This document shows, piece by piece, positions 44,822 to 53,754 of a DNA stretch of 64,000 nt (its first letter is position 1; the number at the start of each line of letters is the position of its first letter). Below the pieces are notes generated by a model. That model did not search any database. It was not told the origin of the DNA and saw only the letters and a program-made list of their open reading frames with translations. This DNA comes from an uncultured Gammaproteobacteria bacterium (lineage in GTDB: Bacteria > Cyanobacteriota > Vampirovibrionia > Gastranaerophilales > CAJFVJ01), in the NCBI GenBank assembly GCA_964444415.1, contig CAYUHE010000005.1, positions 5,456 through 69,455 of the forward strand, written 5' to 3'. Made by a program: the position numbers and the translations under genes.

Positions 44822-47551
44822 ATGATAATTCAAAAAATTGAAAATAATAACAACATCAGCGAGTGGAGACAAAAATCGGCATTTAGTATGCCTAAACTGA
44901 TACTTCCAAATAAATCTGTCGATACAAAAGACTTTTTGTATCATTATCCGATTGCAAACAAACCACAAGTTGCTTTTGGAAGAACTATCGAAAAAGCTGC
45001 CAGTTTTGAAGACAGCATAGGAAAATATTTCAAACCCCTTCCTAAAGGATTGAAATATGATGAACGTCAAATTGAAGCTGCAAAAGTGGTCTATGACGGG
45101 AATGATCCAATGGTTGTATTCCCAACAGGGACAGGTAAAACTGCTATTACGGAATATACAATATCCAAAAACATGGCTGAAGGTAAAGATACTATCTGTA
45201 CCTTCCCTATAAAAGCTCTATCAAACGAAAAATTTAATGCTTTTTGCGATTATTACGGGAAAGAAAATGTAGCACTTTTAACAGGTGATATAAAAATAAA
45301 CACTGATGCACCTATCAAAATAATGACCGCAGAAATATACCGAAATATGCTTATGGGAGAAAATAAAAACGCTCTAAAAAACTTGGGGTCAGTTGTTCAT
45401 GACGAAATACACACAATGAATGACCTTGAAAGGGGTGAAGTTTACGAAACATCCATAATGAAAACTCCTGCAAAAGTACAACAAGTATTCCTGTCTGGCA
45501 CAGTAGAAAATGGTCAAGAATTGACTGATTGGCTAAATAATATCCAAGCTCAAAAAAATGCAGAAGAAGGAATAGTAAATTCTACCAAAAAAGCTGTTCT
45601 TGTTTATATGTCGCCTAAAGAACGCTATGTACCTTTAAAACACTTGATTTATGATGAAAAAAAAGACAAATTTATTCCTCTAATGACAGAAAAATATAAT
45701 ATAAGCCAGATTGAAGAATCTTATAAAGAAGGTTCTTTAAATCAAAGACAAAGAGATGTCTTAGAAGATATAGCTGAATTAGGTAAAAAAGACAGAACTG
45801 TACAAAACGGAATAGAAATACTTTCAGAATTAGTCAGCAATCCTTCAGGGAGTCTAGAAACCCTAGAAAAAGATTTAAAAGAAATGCTCGGCATTGAAGA
45901 AATGAAATCAAAAAGAATGGCTGCATTCTTATCTGATCCTAAAGAGCAAAATTTTAATTTTAAAGAATTAGAGCATTTTCAAACAAAAAACAACACAGCA
46001 AGAAAAGTCCTTAAAGAATTTGGCGAGCTTGCTGATATCGAACTAATAAACGACAATGCAATTCCTCTAAATGAAAATGAAACTTTTGTAAGCAACTTGG
46101 TTAGATTGCTTAATAAAAAAGAGTATACACCTGCTATTATATTCAGATTTTCCAAAACAGACTGTAATGAATTCCAAAATGAAACAAAAAGTATTGCACT
46201 AATAAGCAGAGAACAACGTAAAGAAGTCTCTAAAACCATCAAAAAACTCATAGATGACGGCTACTTCCTTGGAACAAATTTCTATGAAAAACCATTGCTG
46301 GCAGGCTCAGCAACTCACCACGCTGGCAGAATGCCGGGATACAAAAAACTTGTAGAAACAATTGCCCAATTTAAATTTCCAATAATAACATTCGCCACAG
46401 GCACCTTAGATAAGGGTATCAATCAACCAACAAGAACCGTCGTAATGACTCAATATGACAGATTGATAGGATACGAGCCAAGTGGAAACCCCATCTACCA
46501 AGCTATTCCAATAAATGATAACCATCAATCAAATGGAAGAGCTGGTAGGCGCGGAGAAGATGAGATAGGGTATGTAATACATAAACCTAATGAAAGGTAT
46601 TCTCCGCTAAAAATATTCAAAATAGTAACTTCATCTCCGGATAAAATACAAAGCAGGCTAGCACCTACACACAGCTTTGTGAGTAATTTTTTAGAAGCTG
46701 AATCCTCTGATAAAGGACTTGAAAAAATTGTAGATAGATCTTTCCTAAAACAGCAAGTATTAGAATTGACTCCTCCACAAGCCGAAAAAAGATTAAATAA
46801 TATGAATAACCGATTCAAGCAATTTGCAAATATGCTGCAATCGCCTGAGCTAGAATGTTTTACAAAAACAGATGATAAAATAATTGCAACGCCAAAAGGC
46901 TCAATTGTTGCAAAAGCAAGAGGAATTGACGGATTACTTTTTGCAGAAACGATTCTTAAAGCTCCGTTAGAAGACTTACAACCTTCACAACTTGCGGCTG
47001 TAGCTTGTTATTTATCATCCGGTGATGAAAAAAACAAGGCATTCCAAATTGAAGGCTGCAAAGTCCCTGCAATGATAGAGCCATTTATGCTCCAAAATAA
47101 AGCCACTAAAATAAAACTCCAAACTGTAAAAACAGCTGCTGAAGTAATTCCAATCATTGAAAATATAGCGGAAATAAAATCTAATATAAAAAAGGTCGAA
47201 ACCAAATATCAAATAATTAATAAAACAATAATTCCTAATATTCAAGCTATGCCGTTTATGCAAAAATGGGCAGAAGCACCTATTGAGAACTCTTTAGAAA
47301 GCTGGAAAGGCCTGATAAAAGAATTTTCAAACGACAAAATTGATGAAGGAGATTTATTCAAATCAGTCAACAGCACCGCTGACATCCTAAAACAAATGCA
47401 AGAAGCCTCTGAACTAGTAGCTGGGAAAACTGAAGACATTCAATTGCAAACTAAAATGAAAACACTTGCAGAAAATGCAGCCAAAGCTTTTGAAATGCTC
47501 AAAAAAAACCCGATAGCCGAACTTCATATTGTAAAATCTTTGAGAATATAA
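44822..47551 (+). CDS. Ski2-like DExH-box helicase with a ~400-aa uncharacterised C-terminal region
   Basis: Motif I FPTGTGKT, motif II VHDEIH, SGT, HHAGRMPGY, motif VI NGRAGRRGED. Confidence 0.85.
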   Translation: MIIQKIENNNNISEWRQKSAFSMPKLILPNKSVDTKDFLYHYPIANKPQVAFGRTIEKAASFEDSIGKYFKPLPKGLKYDERQIEAAKVVYDGNDPMVVFPTGTGKTAITEYTISKNMAEGKDTICTFPIKALSNEKFNAFCDYYGKENVALLTGDIKINTDAPIKIMTAEIYRNMLMGENKNALKNLGSVVHDEIHTMNDLERGEVYETSIMKTPAKVQQVFLSGTVENGQELTDWLNNIQAQKNAEEGIVNSTKKAVLVYMSPKERYVPLKHLIYDEKKDKFIPLMTEKYNISQIEESYKEGSLNQRQRDVLEDIAELGKKDRTVQNGIEILSELVSNPSGSLETLEKDLKEMLGIEEMKSKRMAAFLSDPKEQNFNFKELEHFQTKNNTARKVLKEFGELADIELINDNAIPLNENETFVSNLVRLLNKKEYTPAIIFRFSKTDCNEFQNETKSIALISREQRKEVSKTIKKLIDDGYFLGTNFYEKPLLAGSATHHAGRMPGYKKLVETIAQFKFPIITFATGTLDKGINQPTRTVVMTQYDRLIGYEPSGNPIYQAIPINDNHQSNGRAGRRGEDEIGYVIHKPNERYSPLKIFKIVTSSPDKIQSRLAPTHSFVSNFLEAESSDKGLEKIVDRSFLKQQVLELTPPQAEKRLNNMNNRFKQFANMLQSPELECFTKTDDKIIATPKGSIVAKARGIDGLLFAETILKAPLEDLQPSQLAAVACYLSSGDEKNKAFQIEGCKVPAMIEPFMLQNKATKIKLQTVKTAAEVIPIIENIAEIKSNIKKVETKYQIINKTIIPNIQAMPFMQKWAEAPIENSLESWKGLIKEFSNDKIDEGDLFKSVNSTADILKQMQEASELVAGKTEDIQLQTKMKTLAENAAKAFEMLKKNPIAELHIVKSLRI

Positions 47552-47601
47552 AAAACAGATATTTTAATGTTAAAATCTTTTTGTGAAAGCAAAAGGTATT
47601 T

Positions 47602-48558
47602 ATGCGAAAAATATTATTTATCATCGATAGAATTGAACTCAAATATTTTGAATTCAATGAGTTAGTGACCAATTTTTGGCTCATAAAAGAATTTTTGAAG
47701 CGCAATCACGAGGTTTTTATCGCAACAATAGACAATTTGGCTATAAAAAATTCTAATGCAACTGCTTTTGCTTACAAGGCTTTTATCAATGATGAAGATA
47801 TAAAATATCGAAACCAAAATCAAGAAATGCTGCTTAACGACTTTGATATGGTACTTTTCAGGCCCGACCCGCCTGTTGATATGGACTATATAAATGCAAC
47901 TTATGTTTTTGATTTTGTTGATGAAACCAAAACCACTCTCATAAATAACCCCAAATCCATAAGAAATTTTAACGAAAAACTGCATATTACGTATTTCCCC
48001 GACTTTGTGCCTGAAAATATTGTTACGGCTGATATTTCGATGATAAAAAACTTTGTCGAAACTCATTTAAAAGCAGTCGTAAAACCACTCAATATGTGTT
48101 TTGGAAGCGGTGTATTTTGTCTTGATAAAAATGACATCAACCTTAATAGCCTCATAAAAACTTCCACAAATAACGGCTCAAATCTTGTTATGGTTCAAAA
48201 ATACCTTGAAAGTGCCATATTTGGGGATAAAAGAGTGTTGCTCCTAGGTGGCGAAGTAATTGAACAATGTGTGATAAAAGCACCTCTCAAAAATGATTTC
48301 AAATTCTCAGAACACAGCGATGAATATCTCAAAAAAGCTTCTTTGAGCAATAACGAAAAAGAATTATGCAAAGTCGTAGCCCAAAAACTAAACTCTATGG
48401 CCTTGCCTATGGCTGGTCTTGACCTTATAGATGAAAAAATAATCGAAATCAACATCACAAGCCCTTGTTTTTTCATCAAAGAAATAAATAACTTGTTCGA
48501 AGTCAAGCTCGAGCAAAAACTTTTAGATTATTTTGAATCAAAATTCCCGAAAAGATAG
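47602..48558 (+). CDS. gshB: Glutathione synthetase (prokaryotic ATP-grasp type)
   Basis: Collinear similarity to E. coli GshB as recalled (LFRPDPPVDMDYINATYV, NNPKSIRNFNEKL, KPLNMCFGSGVF, GDKRVLLLGGE). Confidence 0.8.
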   Translation: MRKILFIIDRIELKYFEFNELVTNFWLIKEFLKRNHEVFIATIDNLAIKNSNATAFAYKAFINDEDIKYRNQNQEMLLNDFDMVLFRPDPPVDMDYINATYVFDFVDETKTTLINNPKSIRNFNEKLHITYFPDFVPENIVTADISMIKNFVETHLKAVVKPLNMCFGSGVFCLDKNDINLNSLIKTSTNNGSNLVMVQKYLESAIFGDKRVLLLGGEVIEQCVIKAPLKNDFKFSEHSDEYLKKASLSNNEKELCKVVAQKLNSMALPMAGLDLIDEKIIEINITSPCFFIKEINNLFEVKLEQKLLDYFESKFPKR

Positions 48559-48564
48559 GTCAAA

Positions 48565-49284
48565 ATGCTAAACAAAGAAAGATATAACAGAAATATTTTA
48601 ATAGAAAAAATAGGCGAAGAAGGACAACAAAAACTGCTTTCTTCAAAAGTCCTTGTCGCAGGAGCAGGCGGTCTTGGTTCAACAGTTTTAGCCAACCTAG
48701 CAAGCCTCGGCATAGGCACAATAGGTATTGTGGATAATGATGTTTTAGAATTATCAAACCTGAATAGGCAATACATTCACAAACTAGACAACCTTGGCAA
48801 ACCAAAAGTCGACTCTGCCGAAGAATGGATTCAAGAATTCAATCCTGATATCAAAGTCCATACCTACCAAATCAGGCTTGATGAAGATAACTTTCAAGAA
48901 ATAGTTGCAGGGTATGACCTGATTGTGGACTGTTTTGACAGCTACAAATCGAAATTTTTGCTCAACGAAATCGCAATAAAAACAAACAAAACGCTAATCC
49001 ATGGCGGAGTGACAGAGTTTTTCGGACAGGTCACAACAATAATCCCACCTAAAACCTCTTGTCTGGCTTGTATTTTACCCGACTATGATGTTAATGCATA
49101 TATCACAAAAGGTGTAATAAGCCCTGCGGTGAGTACTATAGCTTCAATACAATCATTTGAAGTAGTAAAACTACTCCTAAAATTAGGTGAAACACTCGAA
49201 AATCAACTTTTAATTTTTGATGGATTAACAATGAAATTCAAAAAACTAAAAACCAGCAAAAATCCAAACTGCAAAGAATGTTAG
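48565..49284 (+). CDS. ThiF/MoeB/HesA-family E1-like adenylyltransferase
   Basis: RYNRNILI..IGEEGQQKL, nucleotide loop VAGAGGLGS, LSNLNRQ, and Zn Cys pairs CLAC and CKEC. Confidence 0.85.
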   Translation: MLNKERYNRNILIEKIGEEGQQKLLSSKVLVAGAGGLGSTVLANLASLGIGTIGIVDNDVLELSNLNRQYIHKLDNLGKPKVDSAEEWIQEFNPDIKVHTYQIRLDEDNFQEIVAGYDLIVDCFDSYKSKFLLNEIAIKTNKTLIHGGVTEFFGQVTTIIPPKTSCLACILPDYDVNAYITKGVISPAVSTIASIQSFEVVKLLLKLGETLENQLLIFDGLTMKFKKLKTSKNPNCKEC

Positions 49285-49320
49285 GGAACAGATGTTTTTG
49301 ACGTTTTGACATTAACCGAC

Positions 49321-49668
49321 CTAAGCTCTTCCATAATTATCTTCAAGACGAACAATGTCATTCTCATCAAGGATTTCGCCTCTTTGAATCTCAAGAACTT
49401 TCAAAACTTCATCAGAAGAATTTTGAAGTGAATGAACTTCGTTCAAAGCAATATCAATGCTTTGCCCGACATTTAAGTTAATTTGCTCATCCCCCTTGGT
49501 AACAAAGGCTTCACCTTGTAAAACTACCCAATGTTCTTCTCTATGATGATGATATTGCAAGCTCAATTTTTCTTTAGGATTGACCACGATGCACTTGACC
49601 AAAAAGCCTGTCTCTTCTTGAATTACAGTATAATGCCCCCAAGGTCTTTTCATTTCTTGATTTAACAT
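49321..49668 (-). CDS. Cupin-domain protein (mannose-6-phosphate isomerase type II C-terminal-like)
   Basis: RPWGHY..., LSLQYHHHREEHWVVLQGEA. ATG 49668 preceded by AAGGAAG. The track start is a TTG extension. Confidence 0.75.
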   Translation of the reverse strand: MLNQEMKRPWGHYTVIQEETGFLVKCIVVNPKEKLSLQYHHHREEHWVVLQGEAFVTKGDEQINLNVGQSIDIALNEVHSLQNSSDEVLKVLEIQRGEILDENDIVRLEDNYGRA

Positions 49669-49741
49669 CGCTACTTCCTTATATTTGTTCTTCTTAAACA
49701 AAGTATAACCTATTAAAGTGTTTTATAATATAATTTTAATA

Positions 49742-50923
49742 ATGAACAATGATTTTGATGAGCAGAAAAATAAACAAGCCGTAAAATGCCTCACAATAGG
49801 ACATTTTATGATTGATTCATATGGAGGCTTTTTAGCCCCAATTTTGCCTTTTATCGCATCAAAAATAGGCATAAGCCTAGCTCTAGCAGGTAGCGTAATA
49901 AGCATTTCGCACCTTCTTTCATCAATGACACAGCCATTTTTCGGATTTCTTGCCGACAAAATCAAAAAAAGATTTTTTATTTTTTGGGGAATGCTCTTAG
50001 CATGTACATTTCTGTCAATGACAGGAATTGCCCAAAGTTACTGGCAGCTTGTACTTTTTCTGGTTTTAGGAAGCCTCGGGAGCGGGTTTTATCATCCTCA
50101 AGCGACAGGTTTTATAAATTATTTCAGCTCCAAAGACATTAGCAAAAACATGGCTCTTTTCATTGCTATGGGTACGATAGGCTTCTCTATGGGGCCATTG
50201 ATTTCATCTTCTATAACACAAGTTTTTTCACTTGAAGCCCTGCCTTTCATGTCAATTTTTGGGATTATTATGGCAATTTGTGTTTTCAAATTTGTCCCTC
50301 GAGTTTCGATTATCCCCATCAAAAAACCACTTCCGAAAATCAATTTTATGGCGGCAACAAGACTGATTTTGACCAATAAAACCCTTTTGATTTTGATAAC
50401 AATATCTATGCTAAAATCCCTTATAGCTCAATCATACTGTATCTTTATGCCGTTTTTATGGAAAGATATGGGCTACAGCGTTGCTAATATAGGTATGGCA
50501 TTGTTTTTGTTCTCTTTTTGCGGGGGGATTGCAACGTATCTCAGCTCCAAAATTGAACGACTAATCGGGCACAAAAAAGTTTTTTATATATCGATGCTGA
50601 GTGTTATGCCTTTGACATTTTTGTTCGCTTCAACTTACAAAAATCTGCCTTTAGCATCGCTCATTATCTTTGTAACCGTAGGGTTTATGGCAATGCTTTC
50701 AACTGCAGTTAATATGACCCTTGCCCAAAACACAATGAAAGAGCATAAAAGCATGGTCTCTGGCTACATTGGCGGCTTCAGTTGGGGTACAATAGGCGTT
50801 TTATTTGCACCGCTAAGCTTTTTGGCAGAACGAATCGGAATTATACACCTTTTGATTTTAGTCAGTATAATTCCTTTTATTTGCTCATATTTTATAAGAT
50901 TTCTTCCCGACAAAACCGATTAG
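49742..50923 (+). CDS. MFS transporter
   Basis: About 12 hydrophobic segments, with an MFS loop motif GFLADKIKKR. ATG 49742 is preferred over GTG 49718. Confidence 0.8.
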   Translation: MNNDFDEQKNKQAVKCLTIGHFMIDSYGGFLAPILPFIASKIGISLALAGSVISISHLLSSMTQPFFGFLADKIKKRFFIFWGMLLACTFLSMTGIAQSYWQLVLFLVLGSLGSGFYHPQATGFINYFSSKDISKNMALFIAMGTIGFSMGPLISSSITQVFSLEALPFMSIFGIIMAICVFKFVPRVSIIPIKKPLPKINFMAATRLILTNKTLLILITISMLKSLIAQSYCIFMPFLWKDMGYSVANIGMALFLFSFCGGIATYLSSKIERLIGHKKVFYISMLSVMPLTFLFASTYKNLPLASLIIFVTVGFMAMLSTAVNMTLAQNTMKEHKSMVSGYIGGFSWGTIGVLFAPLSFLAERIGIIHLLILVSIIPFICSYFIRFLPDKTD

Positions 50924-51771
50924 CTGAGCCTTAAAATCAATTCTCTGATTATCTTTGCCGCAGTAGCTGTAGAAACACCGCTCTGATCATAAAATGGCGC
51001 CAATTCAACCACATCGCAACCTACGATATTGAGATTTTGCATTGCTCTAAAATACTCAAGAAATTCATTAAAGAACAATCCGCCTGCCTCTTGAGTACCT
51101 GTTCCTGACATAATTGACGGGTCTAAAACATCCAAATCAATAGTCAAAAATACAGGGAAATCTTTGAATTTCATTATTTTTTCAATAAAATCTTCCACTC
51201 CAAAAGCGAGAGTATTATATTTTTTGATTAAATCAAATTCGTCTTTTGTTCCAGAGCGAAGCCCAACTTGCACAATATTATCCAAGCCGATAATATCTGA
51301 AATTCGCCTAATAACTGTCGCATGCGATAGTTTTTGCCCCAAATATTCTTCTCTCAAATCAGCATGGGCATCAAAATGTATAAGTTTGAGATTAGGATAT
51401 TTAGCATAATGAGCCTCAAATTCAGGTAAAGTAACCAAATGCTCTCCGCCAATGCCTATATAAATTTTGCCTGCATCAATAACTTCTTTTGTACAATTTT
51501 TGATAAGCTCTAAAGATTTGTCTCTATCGCCAAAAGGCAAATCAAGCTCACCTGCATCATAAAAAGTAATATCTTCAAGAGATTTGCCTTGATAAGCTGA
51601 ATATTCTTCCAAACCTTTTGATGCAATGCGAATTTGCTCAGGTCCAAATCTGCTACCAGGCTGAAAAGAACAGGTTCCATCGTATGGTATACCAACCAAA
51701 ACAACCTTTGAGGCTTCAAAATCATCTGAAGCTTCCAGCCAATTTTTTGGTAAAAAAGGAGATTTTAACAT
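50920..51771 (-). CDS. speB: Agmatinase
   Basis: Ureohydrolase Mn motifs HFDAHADL, IDLDVLDP, GGEH. Immediately follows speE. Confidence 0.9.
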   Translation of the reverse strand: MLKSPFLPKNWLEASDDFEASKVVLVGIPYDGTCSFQPGSRFGPEQIRIASKGLEEYSAYQGKSLEDITFYDAGELDLPFGDRDKSLELIKNCTKEVIDAGKIYIGIGGEHLVTLPEFEAHYAKYPNLKLIHFDAHADLREEYLGQKLSHATVIRRISDIIGLDNIVQVGLRSGTKDEFDLIKKYNTLAFGVEDFIEKIMKFKDFPVFLTIDLDVLDPSIMSGTGTQEAGGLFFNEFLEYFRAMQNLNIVGCDVVELAPFYDQSGVSTATAAKIIRELILRLS

Positions 51772-52620
51772 TTATTCACCTACAAGTTCTTTTACGAAAT
51801 TGGGCAAAGCAAAAACAGCCCTGTGAATGTATTTGTTGTATAGTTTTGCACCTTTTTCAATCTGATTTGCACGAGTTTCATCAATAAAATCAAGCGGTTT
51901 TACTGTATTTGAACAAAAAGTCCAACTCCAATAACCAGCGGGATAAGTAGGCATTGGGCCAACGTAAGTTTTGACTATCGGAAATGCTTGCTTCAAAAGA
52001 GGCTTCATCATTTTGATTTCTTTTTGATCCGCAAGCGGTGATTCACTTTGGCATACCATAATTCCGCCGTCTTTTAGTGCCGCATTTACATTATTATAAA
52101 ATTCTTCCGTAAACAACCCTTCACCAGGACCCATAGGGTCTGTAGAGTCAATCAAAATAATATCAAATTCTTTTTTGCATCCTGCAATATACTCAATACC
52201 GTCACGAACCTGAATATCTACACGAGCATCATCAAGGTCTTTAGAGAGCTGTGGAAGGTATTTCTTGCACACTTCAATAACAGTGCCGTCAATCTCGCAA
52301 AGCACGACTCTTTTGGCGCAAGAATGTCTTAGAACTTCTCTGACCGTACCGCCGTCTCCACCGCCAATTACCAAAATATTTTCAGGATTAGGATGAGATA
52401 GCATAGGAATATGTGTAATCATTTCGTGATAGAAAAATTCGTCTGTTTCTGTGGTCATAACAAGCCCGTCAAGAAGCAAAACCTTGCCGAAAAACTCTGT
52501 ATCAATTACATCTATTGCCTGAAATTCGGATTTTCCTGAATATAAAACATTTTTTACACGCATTGTAATCCCGAATTGATCATCATGTAATTCGGTGTAC
52601 TTCAAATCCATGCTACACAT
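51772..52620 (-). CDS. speE: Spermidine synthase
   Basis: LHDDQFG..., VLLLDG, IGGGDGG, IIDSTDP. Confidence 0.93.
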   Translation of the reverse strand: MCSMDLKYTELHDDQFGITMRVKNVLYSGKSEFQAIDVIDTEFFGKVLLLDGLVMTTETDEFFYHEMITHIPMLSHPNPENILVIGGGDGGTVREVLRHSCAKRVVLCEIDGTVIEVCKKYLPQLSKDLDDARVDIQVRDGIEYIAGCKKEFDIILIDSTDPMGPGEGLFTEEFYNNVNAALKDGGIMVCQSESPLADQKEIKMMKPLLKQAFPIVKTYVGPMPTYPAGYWSWTFCSNTVKPLDFIDETRANQIEKGAKLYNKYIHRAVFALPNFVKELVGE

Positions 52621-52643
52621 AGTCTTTCCTTTATATGAAATAT

Positions 52644-53084
52644 TTACGATTCTTGATATTGAATCTCAAATGCCTTTTGCACAACTTCAAGATTACTGAT
52701 TAAGCCTCTTTTTAGCTCAGTGAAATTACTATTGCCGGAACAAAATAGTTTTTTCAAAAATTCATAAGCCACTTTAGGGTCACAACTTTCGCCACAAGTG
52801 AATAAATCAACAGCTGCATAGCCCAATTCAGGCCAAGTATGTATAGCCAAGTGCGATTCAGAAATTATAACAACACCGCTAACTCCATGCGGGTTAAACA
52901 TATGGAAGCATTTCTCAACGACAGTAGCGCCACACTCAACAGCAGCTTCTGTCATATATTTTTCTACCAACTCAACATTGTTTAAAACATTTGGGTCGCA
53001 ATTGAAAAACTCTGCCAGAACATGTCTACCTAAATAACTGCCTAATTTTAACTCTTCCGGTTTAACTTGTGGTGATGTGATCAA
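52644..53084 (-). CDS. speD: S-adenosylmethionine decarboxylase proenzyme (small, Bacillus/Thermotoga type)
   Basis: Self-processing site [14 protein letters not shown] start preceded by AAGGAGAG. Confidence 0.9.
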   Translation of the reverse strand: MITSPQVKPEELKLGSYLGRHVLAEFFNCDPNVLNNVELVEKYMTEAAVECGATVVEKCFHMFNPHGVSGVVIISESHLAIHTWPELGYAAVDLFTCGESCDPKVAYEFLKKLFCSGNSNFTELKRGLISNLEVVQKAFEIQYQES

Positions 53085-53212
53085 TTCCTTTTCTCTCCTT
53101 ACAAATCATACTCAACTGAATATTTAATTGTTCAATATATTATACATTACAAAAAAAAATTCTACATAAAAAAAAATGATTTGTAAACGAAAAAAATTAA
53201 CAAAAATTAACC

Positions 53213-53242
53213 CTTTAAAAAACCGCCCAGTAGGCGGTTCTT
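53213..53242 (-). terminator. Rho-independent terminator of the 112-aa orphan gene
   Basis: The minus strand reads AACCGCC-TACTG-GGCGGTT followed by a T-run. Confidence 0.65.
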
Positions 53243-53281
53243 TAGTATAAATTTTTATGAAGTTTTTTAAGCGATTTTTTA

Positions 53282-53620
53282 TTAAGCTACCAAACCTTCA
53301 CTAATACTCGGTATTGAATTTTTTATTTTATTATTTAAAGCTTGTACATTACCATCTAAATTTGCTTGACTGTGATCCACAGGAGATGTATTACTGTTTG
53401 CATTAACAGCCATTATTCTAGATGATTCATTATTTGGACTAGTTACTCCCAAAAATGGTACACCACTCTGCAAAGAAGGTTGTTTAGTCCAAACACTACC
53501 TGCCAGTCGTTCTGGTTGGCGCATCATGTCTTGCCCAAATTTGTTTGTTGGCATAACATTTCTGGCAAAACCTTTATTAAACTGTATGCTGGAGGAAGAA
53601 CCTCCGACTGCAACGTTCAT
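53282..53620 (-). CDS. Hypothetical Ser/Asn-rich 112-aa protein
   Basis: ORF bracketed by the 21-nt motif upstream and its own terminator downstream. No recognisable domain. Confidence 0.55.
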   Translation of the reverse strand: MNVAVGGSSSSIQFNKGFARNVMPTNKFGQDMMRQPERLAGSVWTKQPSLQSGVPFLGVTSPNNESSRIMAVNANSNTSPVDHSQANLDGNVQALNNKIKNSIPSISEGLVA

Positions 53621-53670
53621 AAAAAAATCTCTCTCTATTTCTTCTCTGTAATATGGGGTAAATTATCTCT

Positions 53671-53691
53671 CTTATATATATAAAGTATATA
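53671..53691 (-). promoter_or_regulatory. Second identical copy of the 21-nt motif TATATACTTTATATATATAAG (read on the minus strand)
   Basis: Ends 50 nt upstream of ATG 53620. Confidence 0.35.
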
Positions 53692-53754
53692 CAAGTAAAA
53701 ATATTGCTATTTAAAGAGAAAAGTATTAAGAAATATTACGAAAAAAATAAATTC

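Noticed and set aside
47602-49284. ATP-grasp plus ThiF-like E1 pair as a possible ubiquitin-like conjugation, MccB/PaaA-type RiPP, or defence module
   Set aside because: The ATP-grasp protein is collinear with canonical GshB along its whole length. The E1-like protein is an ordinary short ThiF/MoeB form. I found no Ubl, E2, JAB or precursor-peptide ORF nearby. Adjacency is most simply coincidental housekeeping.
53100-53185. 9-bp inverted repeat (ACAAATCAT / ATGATTTGT) flanking the speD upstream region, considered as a 5'-UTR switch occluding the SD
   Set aside because: The best -10 box (TATAAT on the minus strand, 53139-53144) lies between the arms. The distal arm would then not be transcribed, and 9 AT-rich bp separated by 68 nt is weak.
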